From Paraglomus brasilianum (taxonomy: Eukaryota): a DNA stretch of 64,000 bases. Location: NCBI GenBank assembly GCA_910592345.1, contig CAJVPI010000035.1:1-64000 (forward strand). The letters are read 5' to 3'. Below the pieces are notes generated by a model. That model was not told the origin of the DNA. It ran no database searches and saw only the letters and a program-made list of their open reading frames with translations. Position 1 is the first letter of the stretch; each line of letters starts with the position of its first letter. The translations under genes and the position numbers were made by a program. Shown one piece after another: positions 23,801 to 38,200 of the stretch.

Positions 23801-26800
23801 TTATCAATCAATTGACAAAGTACTTGCACAAAGTTAGCCCGTTGTTCGAGAGATAGCGAAGGTATTCGCGAATTGACTATTTGCAATGCCATTGTCAATA
23901 TTTCAACATGCGTCACTTCTTTTGACTGAGGAGCTGTGCCGTGGATATGTTCTTTGGCAAACTTCTGAACTACTTGGATGAGGTTTGGCAAGAAATTATC
24001 GATATTCGTTAAATGTTTACTACCGACAGCTTTAACAAGCATTAAAGCTGTAAATACACTTGATCCAGAATAGTTGAGCGCATCTTGAATTGTTTTTTCA
24101 ACTAAAGTTGTAAATGCTTCGATTTCACTGTCTACTGTTGCCGATTCATCTACATCTGGTAATGCTTTGTAGACATGCGCTAACACTGGGTAAAGGCTTT
24201 TTTGTACCTTTGCCTTATCACTAGTTATAGATTTTTCTAGCAATTTATGAAGTTGACCAATATTCGTTATAATCCAGTCAGATGTCTTTCGTTCCAGTAT
24301 TACATTCAGCACCTCCAATGCGTTGCAATAAGCAGCTTCATTCACTATTTCCGGAAGCATCAATGTCCTTTCAAAATAATCCAATTTGATGTTCACTTCT
24401 GGCCAATATTCCGGTTGCAGGAATTCCTTTACAAGTTCGAGCGCTCTCTTAGATAATGCCGACTTACTATTCGTCGGCTCGTTTGCCAGGCACACAAATC
24501 GCACAAGGTAACAAACAACACTCTCGCGCAAATTACCACTCAATGTGTATTCAATATTTGTATCAACAGATAATGCTCTTATGTCTCCTCCAATTTCCAC
24601 TTGTTGTCTCTTCCGTGGTGATTCCAAATCGAACTCTAATCGGCGTTTCTCCGGACTACCAATAGAAGCAATTGGCGTTGAAGTTGCACTGATGTCGTGC
24701 TTTCGATGCTCTGATATTCGTTTACGCTCCCATTTGAGTATCAAATCAGACAGATCTATGGTTAATAATTTAGTTTCAGGAGTTGCATTCGCTAAAAGTC
24801 CCAGACGAGTCAAAGTTCCAACAATCTGAGGCATAAAGTGCTCTCTGCTGTCATAAAACAAATCGGGATGTCGAACGAGCAGTTGGTAGACGTTGACCAA
24901 CTGCGATACGCTATATCCATCTTCCATAAGCACTTTTTTGGTTAATGCTGCCCATGTTGGGAACTTACGACGAGAACTACTGCGTGAACTGTCACTATGA
25001 TCAATGCGCAACGGAAGAACAGGAGTAATGATATCCAAAGCCTGCCTTACTAAACCCCTAGCTTCAAGTTGAGATGCTCGTAATAATGCTTGATATGCTT
25101 GTTTAGGAAATTTCAAAGGGGTCTCGTACGCAGCTATGAATCTTGCAATAAGAACGTATGCAGAGTATTTCGCAGTAATGTCGTCCACCTTCACTTGATT
25201 CCATCCAAATTTGAAGAGATCTTTTTTCACGTTTTCAAGGAGATGTGATGCATTTTGCACAAGAAGCGTTGATAATTGAAGCAATTCAATTCGTAGCGTA
25301 TCTTCCATTTGCGAATCGTTGGCTCTAGGCCCCCATATGGATCGATGGAGCCTTTCAATAACTGGTCCGGCTAGTATATGTTCGTATTCCAGAGCGCCGC
25401 GTGCAAAGGCAACCATTAGTATTGGGTTGGCAATCATACGCGCCGCCTGGGTTTTTGTTATCTGAGGAATGAACTGATCCTCGATAACATCCAGAAATTT
25501 ATCTAGAATGTCTCTTTTTTTAGTCGGATCATAAGTTAGAGCGACTTCATGGAAAAACTTCTTCAGAAAAGTGTAGTCAACGAGACTCTCATGGCAGAAT
25601 GCTGTCGTTAAGTCGAAAAGTAAATCAATGTCATCTGAGTTCTGTTTCAGATAGATGACGAATATCTCGACCAGAAAACGTGCTTCTCTAATCTTGGGTA
25701 AACGAAGCGATATCTCCAGCTTTGCCTTCTCGAACCGTTCATTACTCTTCCAATACGATTTTAAACCCTCAATAATAGGTTTAGTTTGCTCCTCCGCAAG
25801 CCACTCTGGATGGAACTCTGCAATTTTTCTTACAATGAGAATGAGTTGCAACTTTGCTTCATCCGGATCTTTAACTTCTGGATCTAATGTCTTTTCTTTT
25901 AATTTCGCCTGATTTACCATAATCTCCTCGCGAAGTTTCTCTGCATTAGGTGCTCCGATCAAGTTTAAAAAAAGTCGACTATGTTTCTCGTTACTCAATC
26001 TATCATAGAAATAATCCGTTGCCTCTGTTGAATATCTGTTTAAAAATTTAATTAACGGCTCTCTAAATGGACTGGAAGAAGACCGACGCAATTGTTCCTC
26101 CAGATCAAGAACTATAGTAACAAGCTCGTCCAGAAATACATTGGCCGCTGGTGGTAGAAGATGGAAGACATTAAGAATAGCCACAATAATCTTTATAGGC
26201 TCACTTTCGGTGAGAGGCTTTGTTGCAGCTTCTTGAAGTGTTCTCGGCTCTGCCCACAAACGTAGATGATCAAGTAATTTCTTTCCGATTTCTACTTTAA
26301 AATAGTTTTTGAGTAATTCTAATAGACGTGCTAAACCCTCCAGTCCAGCAACTGTCAACTTCTTGTGATCGGAAAGATTTACTAGAATAGGTCGCAATCC
26401 AGCCTGTAAAAGTTCCTTCGGTAACTTATGTTGTTGTTGTATTACTTGTTGCAAGCCTTTATTTGCGACTTCAACTATTTCAGGATACTTGGAATATAGC
26501 GATTTGAAGAATACACCAATGATACGCGCTCGCGTGTTCGGTTGTGGAGGTAAAACCAGTTCAGCACATTGCATTACAGCCGAGAGTAATTTAATGCAAA
26601 CAATACGCAAGTTATTGAGAGAAGTTACATTCTTAAATGGCGGGGTCCGACCTTGGAGAGGTTGTTCTTCAGTGTCCGCTAGATGTAAAACTTCGTTGAG
26701 CAAAGTATTAAGATCCTCGGTAAATTCTAGCAATGGCGGTCGCAGCGTTAGGCAGTAAGTGACGCAATCAAGAATACCAATTTGCATTTGAAGAGGTAAA

Positions 26801-29800
26801 GCGCGTAGTGGTTTCTGAAATATGGACTTTAATAGATGATCCTTAACTGGTTTCAACAATTCTGTAACGTCTGTATTCATCATCTCCGCCAGTTTTTTTA
26901 ATGCTGACTGCATACCTTCCCTTACAGCTGCGGTTGCATTAGATAATTCAGGTATTAGCGTGACGGTAAGTTTTTGTAGTTTTTGCTTCCGTTCTTCCGG
27001 ATCAATGTCAACGGTATTCTCTGGGCGATGACACACTTCCAAAACTTTCAACAATGCTCTATTAGCCTCCTCGACATTACTAGTAGCAAAATCCGGAGAG
27101 ACATCTTTAAGAATAAAAATCAAAGATTTAACGAATTCCAGTTCGTGATCCAACATCCAGCGAGTTCCAATATTAACTTCAGAGCTCAAAATGTAGACTC
27201 CATGACAGCCTCCCCTCTTTCGGAAAGATTCCTGCCTGTAACAACCAGAACTGAACCTAGAGGCAAGAAGATGAAATAAGGGAAAAGAGCGTATAGCTTC
27301 CCTTGATCCTACAATCAGCAAGCAAGTCTCGTACATTAATTTCAGTGCTGAAGCAGCCAAGTCTTGTAGTCGTTTGTCTTCTGAAGACATCACGTCAACC
27401 AACGCCTCAACAATTACTTTTGACTCGAGATTATAACTCTTGGTCTTTTGCTCAAGGTTAATTTGGCTAGCTTTTCTTTCTCGCGCGCGCCTGTAGTCTA
27501 TTGCATCACCTATTTCTAGCATTGCAAAGTGTCGAATAAGATTTTCCAAAAACGGCCACGCTCTATCCTTCAGCTCAGGTATCGCTGCCGCGGTAAATAA
27601 GGCACAAATAACTTTTCGCAGGGTCTCCTCTTGTACAACTCGTCTTTTTAATGCTAGTCTGTGACCCTCTGATATTGACCTCTCAGATGTAGATGTCTCT
27701 CGAGGGCGACTAGATTCAGCATGTCCATCAATGTCCATTTTATTATCATTAGTACTTGTTTCTACATTCGTATTGTCTACCGATGCAGTCTCAATCTCAG
27801 CTGCCAACAATTGCTTTTGCACGCATTCTGTTATCAGTTCTCCAATATTTTCAGGTCCTCCGTCCAGATTAAGAAGCAACGGTATTGTTCCAGCTACGAA
27901 TTTGTAAGCCTCTTCTCGATAAAATGCCGATGAGTTTGGATCTTGTAGAGTGCTCGCTGAAAGCGACAAACACTCGTCTAATGGAAGTGTAATTGACGGT
28001 GCATGTGGATCAAAATGAATAAGCGTTTCAAGTCCATTTATTGGAGGGTTCCTGTTAGCAAGCTGTGGTGGATCTTTAAACATCCTTCGATTACGTCCTC
28101 CTAATTTACCAAGAATACGAGTAGTCGTAATACTATGTAACTTATTCTGTTGCGTTGGTTTGAGACGAGTCCACAAAGCCTTCATTAAATCGTTCATAAA
28201 TGGTGCCATAATAGGATCTAATAATGAAGGTGTTACATTGTCTATACAAAGCTCAAGTATTCGAAGGCCTTGCGTGACCAAATCCTGATGTGATTGGAGA
28301 GCGAATACTAATGGCCGCATCAAATATCCAAGGTAAGGTAACAAGACACTCAATCGAACAGGTACAGTAAGACACAACTCCACAAAGAGATCTCGCATTT
28401 TTCTTGAAGGTGTGAGCGATAAATTGTGATTGAGACCTTCCAACACCATCTGTAGGAGTGGAAGCACCTCCTTGTAAAGCATTTCGTATTTGCCCCCGCC
28501 GATACCTCTGAACAGTGACTTGAGTAGAATAAAATAATTGATCGGTTCCTTGGCACTAGCTGAGAGCTTCATGCATGTAATAATAATGTTGGCGAGATGA
28601 GGATGGAGTACTCGTTCGAGAGCGTCTGGATATGCATTTCCAGCAAAGAACACGGCTCTAAATAACCGTAGCATGACATGAGCACGCACGGGGTCTGATT
28701 CTCCCAACTCATCCATCCTATCTACGAGGAATCGAAGCAAGAGTCCAGCAAAGTGCTCAACAGTATCTCCCTGAGCAAGAAAATATTGCGGAATTTGAAG
28801 AAGTGCTGGATTCTGTATCATAGCATCATAGAAAAACTCCAGTTGTGATGATATGATTTCCTGAAAAACAGCCGAATCAATTGAAATAAAAAGGCTAGCG
28901 AAAATCTCAATGGCTTCTTTGGCTCTTGTGAAGTGCGGCATTCTAACTGATTGCTCTAATAGCTGAATTCTGTCTAATTGTTGAAATAACTCGGGAAAAT
29001 TAATGTCCATAGTGGAATACTCGAACGATTTTATGCCTTCTCGGAATAGTTTTATAAGAATATCGACTTCTTCCTGTGAGAATCCACGTGTGACTGTATT
29101 GGATGGTTGACCATTACTCGATTGTGTCTGAGACTGCTGTGATTGCTGTTGCGGCTGTGGATTGCAATTTTTAAGATTAGGTACAATTCTCACCATCTTT
29201 ACAAGATGTCTGATTAAAACCCATTTTTCTTGAATGGAACAATACTTTCGAGTTAGCCAATTGAGACATTTTCAAAAATGAAAAGACACAATATCATTTA
29301 AATACGTAAGATTTTACCATTTACGGTTTCATGCAAAGATTCCCCGGATAGTGCTAATAAAGCAGGAGTCGTGGGATGTGTGTTTATAGGCCGAGCGGCA
29401 TCAAAGTCGAAATCATCTACTGGGGGTTTTGCAATTCCACTTAATTTCTTTCTCTGCTGTACTTTACGCATATCAACTAAAGTATGGTTCAGCGTCTCAA
29501 ATTTGTTGGCGAGAGTATCTAGTATACGCGTGAGCAAATCACGCGCTAAACAATAGACAGGGTATTAATATCATGTTCTGTACAAGTACCAATATCTCTA
29601 TTGATTATTTTCATTTACCTTCATTCTTGTCTGGAATGTTAACAATACATTCAATGACATTAAAGAGAAGTATTGTGCACATGGTTTGAATAGTTGTGGC
29701 TAATGTCGGGTCGTGTAAGTTACGCGAATATATGTGAACAGTCCGCGCTAATTGTGCAGGAGTCAATTCTTGACGGACATGATGTACTACATCTGCTAAC

Positions 29801-31531
29801 ATACTGTATGCTAATGGTCTATTTTGCGAATAAAGCTCGTGATGTAAGATAAACGCATGATATCGTATGAATACGTTTGATCATTTACCTTAACGTTTCG
29901 CTAGACGTGACGCCAGTACCTATCAATACTTTTTCATTCAGCAGAATATCAACTTTACTCAGGAAACTACCTCTGAATGCTGTTGAGAGAATGTGACGTG
30001 TCGCCACCAGCAACTCCTATGCACAAACGTTGTGAGTTAATTCTCGCTCTGATATAGAAAAGCCACTTTATAAATACCTTTCTTGTTCCTGACGCTTCTG
30101 GCGGACAATTTTGTAACAGCCGTATTACAAATTCGGGAATGTCATCGCTATATTGCTCCAATTCACGTTCACATCCACGCAAAATGTATGCCAGAAAAGA
30201 CAGCGTCTAAAGTTGATCGGAGGCAGTCAGTTCACGTGGCGCATATTTCGAAAGAAAAGTCGTCGTACTAATCAAATCATAATTACCTTAACTTGAGCAA
30301 CAATAAATTCCGTGTATTTGACTCGATCCCTTATACCTGGAGCAACTCCAACAAAGATCTCATTCCTCGCCCTCGCCGCTTCTTGAGCTTCTGCCTGAGG
30401 ACGGGCTTGCAACTTCAATGTCTAGCGAAATACGGAATTATCAACTTATTATTAATTATCATAACTCTATTGGCATTAACATTCAACGATCTGTCCCTTC
30501 ATTTTCAACTGAGAACTTCGATTCGCGTTACCTTAATTATTAAGGGAACAAACTGTTGTATGTCCGTATTCAATCCCTGTCTGTGAGGTTGAAAGAGCAG
30601 TACCACCATTATCGGACATTCTGCGAGTACTTTGAAGCTATGTAAGCTTTTGGCAAGAGTTTTGCTAGGCGTCATTTCTGATGTGTCTGATACGGGAGAA
30701 CTTGGACGGGGCGAACCCGGAAACGGCATTATTGATGCATGGCTTGGCTAATCAAATAACGAATGTATGAGGGGGGGAAAATAGTGACTTGATATCTTAC
30801 AAAAGATATAATGCATTATCAAGCAAATTAGGATGCTTACGGTACTCCCACTTGGTGTGGATGCTACATCAAACGAATCCCGTACTGTCTGCTCCATGTT
30901 CCTGTACATATCCATGACAATATCTAGGAAAGGCGGCACTTGCTCCTCAAGCATATTCTTGTAGTTTCTGTGCAAATCAATAATGATCTTCAAGCATATA
31001 ACAGCGTTATCTTCATTTTCTATTCGTAATAACTTCATTACTGTTTGAAGTAGTTCCCGAGCTTGCAGAGAGTCTGGCTGTTGCAATCTGTGAAGAATCT
31101 CTAGTATAACGTTCCGTAGTTTCTATGGAGGCCGAGTTCAATTAGACCAGAACAATAAAAGACAAAAAAACTTGTGAATTGTTGTGACGTTCACTCTTAC
31201 CTGTTGTGGGTCATTATTATTAAACACCGGTTGGCCTTCATTTAGAATCTTGTAGAAAACTGGCATCAAAACTTGCAAAAATCTCGCATAATCAGCACTT
31301 TGAAATATTTCCACGGAATCTCTTAGCTCCGTTGCTATCTGATATTTTAGTTTGTAATCTTGAAATAGAATGATTCGTGTAAGCCTGCAACATAACAGCT
31401 GAGTTGATTTGAATCGCAATGCTACTTGTATGAATGAATCAGAGTCCTAATCGACGCAGAAACGCACCTAGCTTGCTGTCGGACAACCGTGCGGCATACA
31501 CTTCGCAGTCAGGAACGTTCGATCCGGCCAT
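18568..31531 (-). CDS. TRA1: Tra1/TRRAP PIKK pseudokinase subunit of SAGA and NuA4 (multi-exon, including a ~7.9-kb exon)
   Basis: HEAT repeats (ENEDNAVICLKIIIDLH, LAECPIMVVLLFQ, CLTVPVRLSVLLPYL), FAT domain (HETAWIINRFAHVARKH), PI3K-like region (CRREEKIIQLFRILN, VPFRLTRNLQNF) and FATC end ATNPQNLALMDFTWMQWL*. Confidence 0.97.
20782..20928 (-). repeat. CAA/CAG microsatellite encoding 49 consecutive Gln in TRA1
   Basis: 147 nt of uninterrupted TTG/CTG triplets on the + strand, within a TRA1 exon. Confidence 0.95.
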
Positions 31532-31818
31532 GTTTAGGATATAAATAATATACAATTTTGTTACTTCGGACTACTTACAAGGGACAGAGAAATGTGTGTT
31601 CAACCAAGATTTTACGTGCTTTAATAGTTATGTTAATTTTCCAAATTACCATTGCTGGCAGAATTCGAGACAATCGTCATCGATCAATGCCCAATTAGGA
31701 GACAGATGCACCGTTGAGAAATACCAAGTTTGTTTAGACTATAACCCAACCAATAATAATAATACCTGGACTTGATCAAACAAACGAAATTCTTGTCACA
31801 AAGAGAGCAAACTTCATA
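31532..31818. promoter_or_regulatory. Probable bidirectional promoter between TRA1 and SRP68
   Basis: Divergent start codons only 287 bp apart. Confidence 0.6.
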
Positions 31819-34551
31819 ATGTCTCAAATGGAGATAGATCTACCAGAAAAAGGACAACAAAGCCTCACATTCTCTCTTGATAGTATCCTTTATTTGATTA
31901 AAATCACAATGGTAGTTGCTAAAAATTATTCTTTAACTAATTCACTGTTTTAGTCTTGACGGTTATAAATGAAGCGAGAAACACACACGGTCTACGTCAC
32001 CAGGACTATCAGCGGTATAGGTAGATAGATTAGATTAGTGATGCTCAGCTGAGGAAGAATTCGAATGATTTATGACTCAAATTGAACAAACGGATCATTA
32101 TTAAAACGCTCAGAAAATACTGTGCGGCAAAACTCCATCGCCTCCGCATAAAACTACACTTTACTCAAGGGAGTCGATCGAGAGCATTTCAAAAGAAAGA
32201 AGTTACAGGAGAAAATCTCACCGATGCCAGGTATGTAGTAATATTTAACAACTCGGATTACCAGTCAGAATAACTCCCAATTTGAATAATGCTTTTAATA
32301 TACCATCATTATAGATTTCTTGATATCCTCCTCTTCGACACTGAACGTGCCTGGAGTTACGCTATGGAATTGAAACACGAGAGTAGATCGAGCGGTGATA
32401 CACGGAAGAAACATCATCTAATCAAGCGACTGAAGAAAGCGGCGAAATCTTCTGGAGCATTGGAAAAAATTTGCCTAATGGACGCTCGAAAAGTTGACAC
32501 AAAGACCGCACTTGAGGCTCAGGTTTGTACAGTGGTTGTAATGACTAATAATTGGAAACGAGACTAAGATTCTTTGTCTATGTCGAGTATAGGCTTATTC
32601 TGCATTAATGTCCGGCTACTTATTCTTTGAGAAGCAAGATTGGCAAGCTGCTTTAGACAAGTTTGCGGCAGCTAGGTATGGACCAGCAAATTTTTTCAGT
32701 CATCTCAGTTGGAAAGATTGCTAACTGCATTGTAGGACTATATGTGAAAAACTCTCGGCGGCTGGCACGTCCCATCAGGAGGCACTCTGCCAGTCGACTA
32801 TCGATGATATTGATCCAAACATTCGTTATTGTGCTTACAAGCTAAGCCTTGGTTCGGGTACTACTACTGATGTTGAGGATCTTGTCAAGATTACTGTTAG
32901 AAAGAATAAGGGCGTGGGTTTGGATCTTCTTGAAGCACAGATTGAGGTGAGACTTGTCCACGGCCAAAGTTTTCATTTTTAGATGGTATATTGACATTTA
33001 ATCTGTTCTATAGGACGTGCTTTCTCAATCACGCCGGGAGAAGGCCGCATCACTGACGTCTATATCTTGGAGGAATCGTGTCGTACCACTTAAGAATGCT
33101 GATATGGCTGTCTGCATTCTTCGAGCTCAAGAAGTTACGAAAGATTTGGAGAATGCACCTGAATCCGCAGATGATACTGCCAGAATAGAGCTATTTGACA
33201 AAGTTCTCGAGGCTTACGGCGATGCAGAACGTGTTGCCAAGAATGCCGTGAAGGAAGACTCTGTAAGGCAAACTGATTCCTGCTGACATCTGTTTGGGAT
33301 GCATTTTCCAGGTCTTGTGACTAATGCCTTTATTTTTACAGGACGCGTCTGCAAGAGTTAGATCTTCCAAATCTGAGCAGAATACCATGAATCTTAATTT
33401 TGTGTACACATATGTTGCATATAATTATCTTTTGAGGAGAGTTCAGAGAAACTTGATGCTTATTGAGTCTTCCAAACATCAGCTAAAGCAAGAGGGAACG
33501 GAGCTTGGAAAATTTATTGGTGGTAAATATCAGGAAATTGTCAAATTATACGATAACATATTACAGGTAAGAAGGAAACTCAGTAGATCACGACTATTGA
33601 TAACGTCATTAACTAGGTAATATATTTCAATAATCGGAATACATCAGACTTGATGTATACTTACTACTTTGACATGAAACACTAGACAATCATATTATAT
33701 ATAGGCAAAAGGCCATTGCAATACATATCAAATCAACGCCTGGCTATAAAGAATTGAACGCTCCCTCAATTAACATTTTCTAGAGCATAAACGAGATCAA
33801 GGAGCTCCCAGGCGTGCTAGAAAATCCATCACTGGAACAAGAAATTGATGTCAAAATATGGTACTTCAAAGCGTGGAGGTGAGTGTTAGTCGCCCAGTCG
33901 CCTCTATTTTTATGGTAGATTCCTAATAAGCCGTTCCCATTAGAACATATTATGTCGCATCAGCATACTCAGCGGCACAGGAAATAGCTGAAGCAGTTCT
34001 ATTGTACGAGCGAGCAAATGAAGAGTACATTACTCAAGCAAGAGCCCAGTTACTCTCCGTAAAAGCCGACAAGGATGATATTTTAACTATCACTAACAAA
34101 GATATCAATTCACTGGAAGAGACGTTAAGAGTTGAGAAATTGAAGGCTAGAGCAGCCTGGCATCTTGCACATAGTGAAGATATAGAGGCGAAATTCGACA
34201 AACTAAGCGTTGACGGAGAAACAAAAGTTTATAATGAGGTATACATATGTGTCTGCTGTTGCATATTAAAGGAAATATTGAACCCTACTGATTTATTTTT
34301 CCTTATAATTCCAGCCATTATGTAATTGCTTGGATACATATCCTACAAATATTTCTCTTCACAGCCCAAATCTTGTTCCATTTCCTCCGGATGTCACTCC
34401 AATACCAGCAAAACCATTGTTATTTGACATTGCTTCCAATTACATTGAATACCCTCCCTCACTCTCTCAAAGGGCTGGAAGAAAACCCCAACAAACTGGA
34501 AGTAGGATTAGTTCACTTTTTGGTGGTATATGGGGTAGTAAAAATAGTTAA
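31819..34551 (+). CDS. SRP68: Signal recognition particle subunit SRP68 (~11 exons)
   Basis: Spliced SLDILTVINEARNTHGLRHQDYQRYRKYCAAKLHRLR, FDTERAWSYAMELK, HHLIKRLKKA, IDPNIRYCAYKL, PIPAKPLLFDIASNYIEYP. Confidence 0.95.
31883..31953 (+). other. U12-type (minor spliceosome) GT-AG intron 1 of SRP68
   Basis: 5' splice site GTATCCTTT; branch site TTCTTTAAC (31929-31937) about 16 nt before the AG; removal restores the SRP68 frame (phase 1). Confidence 0.85.
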
Positions 34552-35252
34552 CAGCGTACGCAGTATATTGTTATCCGACTGTTGTTTGGTATCCTTCCCA
34601 TTATTGTTTTCCTTGATGATACAAATCAGCATGGCAGATAGCCAAAAGTGATTTAATAAATTAATACAAATATAAATAGACACATATTAGTGCTGAAATG
34701 GTTGTGTGATGTTTGTAGTCAAGTACCATTTAAGCCTGGCTGGACCTTAATATTAATATCCAAACCACTAGCAGATCTGCTACGCTGTGATTAAGGGCTC
34801 GAGCATCGTAACACGGGGCCGCCACAAGTGACGGTAGTATTACAGATCGCCCATCTTAAAGAAAGTGAGAGCGGAACAAATATCTTCAATGTTACTGTTA
34901 CGGTGTCAAAGAGATCTTACACATTAATGAGTTTGAGCTCTCTTCGCATGCAATGCGTTCAAGAACCAATTGACGATGCTTTCTTGAAGGACACATCCGC
35001 TCGCGAAACAATTCTAAATCCTATAGAAATAGCAATCAAATTGTTATTCATAACGTTTGTTTTTTGTCTTTTTTATTTTCCATATAATATTCGAGAAACA
35101 ATGCATATCTTAAGAAAAAAAGGCAATTAAAACAGAAAAGAGATTATAATACGTGATGTTTAAATGCATATTGATTGAACTAAAAAAAAAAAGTCGCAAC
35201 AATAACATGACTTTATTTAACAATAGTCCACCATCAACTCGATTACATCTAG

Positions 35253-38200
35253 TCACCGCCTCTTCATCTGCAAATAAAAAAGCAAGTTAATTGTAGATAT
35301 TGGAACGAGAAAAGCAACAGCATGTCTCTTATTCCCCCTTTAAACAGTGATAGACTTACTTGTCCACTAGCCGCCTGTCGTTGCTGGCCGAGAAAGGCTT
35401 TGGGAGCAGTCCCCCTTTGGAGAGAAACGTTATCGCGTTGAATAAGTCGCCCTATTCCAAACCATGCTGATACCATGAGTTGGTTCTCTAATGTGAGTTG
35501 AGCCTTGGCCTCTTCATAGTCACGCTACAGAATGTGAAATATTCGGTTCATTATCTAATACCTATATAAATGATCTGTAGTTGCAATGCAGATAAGCGTT
35601 AACGCTACCTTAAGTTGTTTAAATCTCTCCTCACTAGTTTCCTTTTCAACTTTGAAGGACTCCTCTATTGCCAAGTGGTTCTTTATTGCTTCGTCTTGAC
35701 CAGCCATGACGTTTCTGAGTCGCTGAATCTTTTCTATGTTTGTTGTATTCTGAAGTTTACATTTCACTATTTCCGCCCTTAGCTCGTCTTCAGTACTATT
35801 TCCAAAGTTCTTCAGCAACGAGTCCAATTCCCTAAATAAAAGATAAAGTTATATAGATTCCAATACCAATGTAAATTCACAATTCATAATACTCCTTGGG
35901 TTCACGTACTCATATTTAGCTTTGAACGTCTCTTTCTCGGCCTCTATATCTTTGACTCTTTCATCAGTTGCAGCTGTAAAAGAAGAAAAACGACGAATTT
36001 AGAAAACGGGCTTCAGAAATTGTCCCATTATGTAGATTATTCTCTATATGCACGCGCCCCTCTGAGGGGACGCTATAACCAATTCTTATCTCTTGCCCGT
36101 AAACAAACTCATAAAGCTTGCACCCCATAATCGTTATGCCATTCAATAAATATTCGAGATAACTAGATTCAGAAAATGGCAAACATGCGCATAACGTACA
36201 ATTAACTTTATATTCGGCGAGCTGTTTCTCAGCATTCTTTAATTTATATTCTGCTTCGAACAGTTGCTTCTTCAATTCCTTATTACTGTCATTAATGTCC
36301 ATGCTTTGATATAAAAAATTGGAAACGGGTAAGTGAAGTTCAACCAGTCTGCCATCATTGATATGCAATAGTCTATAAAAAGCTTACCCAGCTCCGGACA
36401 TAACTCTCGCAAGTTTACTTTCCAAGTCCAGTTTTTCAGTCTGGACTTTTTGATAATCCTAAACATAAATTAAACATACAATTACGCATCACGTATACCA
36501 TACATATCAATAATAAAATACCTCAAGTATATTACCTTTTCGGATCTTTCCTTACTACGCATCGCATCGGCGAGTTGACGTTGTAAAATAATGATTTCTT
36601 GATCCTCATCTGCAGATTTACCCTTACTGCGCCAACTGCGGAGCTCCCGTTCCAGTTCATTGTTTTTCAACCTAAGTTGAGTCATAGTGGTGCCCGTTAG
36701 CGCATTAGCTAACTCACCTCCCATGACTGGTGCATCGATGTCATCTACTTCTTCTTCTTCCTTTTCATCAAGATTTAAGCGTTCACCTGTGAATCAAAGG
36801 CGATAATCGATTAAAAAATTTTTTTGCCATTTTCATCTGTAGTATGTAATATGTAAGAATAATTCCCACCACCAAATTCCAGTTCTCGTAATCTGTCTTC
36901 GAGAAGCTGTATTCTTTCATTGTCTCTGGATTTCTCCATTTCATATGCTTCAATTTTCGCTTTCATATTTTTATATTCGTATTCGTATTTGTTTCTAAGG
37001 CTGATTAACTCTTTATTCTTTTGTTCAAGTTCCTCAACTCTGTTCTTATAAGGTTCCAACTGCGCTTTAATCTTGTTCACTTTCCCAAACTCTTCTGTGA
37101 TTGTGGCATTATGCTCAGCAAGCTGTCGGTTCTCCTCCTCTAGTGTCTACAAACAACAAATAATAAGTTGACACTCAAATTTATAAATTCTAACCAATAT
37201 GATCATTTTAAATGTTGTTCGTTCACTTACCTTAAACATTCGTCGAAGATCCGCCCCCTCTTCCATTTTTTTCTTGTATTTTTCTATGACATTCTCGGCC
37301 TTTTTTAGCCTCTCCGTGCTGTGCCTGTTTTCATCCAACTGGTCTTTCAACCGTGCCGCTTCCTCTTCTTTGTAATGTAATTCTTCAACCTAATAAGTGA
37401 TTATATACATGAGCAAGGATTGCGATAATGTACTTGAATGAATTATTATCAAGGGAAATCACCTTGCGAGTGAGCTCTGCAATAACGGCATTTTGACTTT
37501 CTAATAACATTTCGGCCTCGTGACGCCGTCCTTCGCTTGTATTTCTTTAGTAAGAAAGTCATAAGAAGGGGGAACGTTTGTTAGCATTAATAACGAGAGA
37601 ATGACGAGAAATGAAAACATCGCAAATTCAACCTACATTTCTTGCCGGAGATTTTCTATCTCTGTCCTCATGAGAAAATCTGCTTTTCCACTATATGAAG
37701 ATTGAGTCTGAGCTAGACTTATTTCTATGTCTTTTATTCGTTGCTTCAACTCATCTCTCTCGGCTTGTAGATCGTCCTTAAACATTCAGATGTATAGTCA
37801 GAACAGCCTCCTGATATGCTAACAAAAATCACCAGAGGCCTTACAAATTGGTCTCGTAATTGAGTGTGTTCTGCAATCAACGCTTGAAGGCTTCTCTCGA
37901 GCGCCTCTTTATCGCTCACGAGCTTATTACGTTCTTTGATATAGTTGGATGAATGTGTCCTAAAGTAAGCAGAAACTATTAATTACAATACTCGTGCGTA
38001 AAACCATTGCATAATCAACAAAGAATTTCGTGCTTGAATACATACGTGCTCTCTGAAGCGCCTACTGTATTCGGCTCGACTGACGATGAATCTTCCAACT
38101 TTTTCATAACCTACATAATTAACAAGCCACGTTGCTCATTAGAATAACATCGCAATAAACCGGCAGGCAGTTGTATTGTTTCATCTTGTCAATTCGTACC

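Noticed and set aside
21550..28556. Numerous short ORFs inside the large TRA1 exon
   Set aside because: Antisense or off-frame by-products of a long coding exon
34589..34597. Second U12-like donor GTATCCTTC
   Set aside because: Lies after the SRP68 stop codon with no recognisable U12 branch site or acceptor
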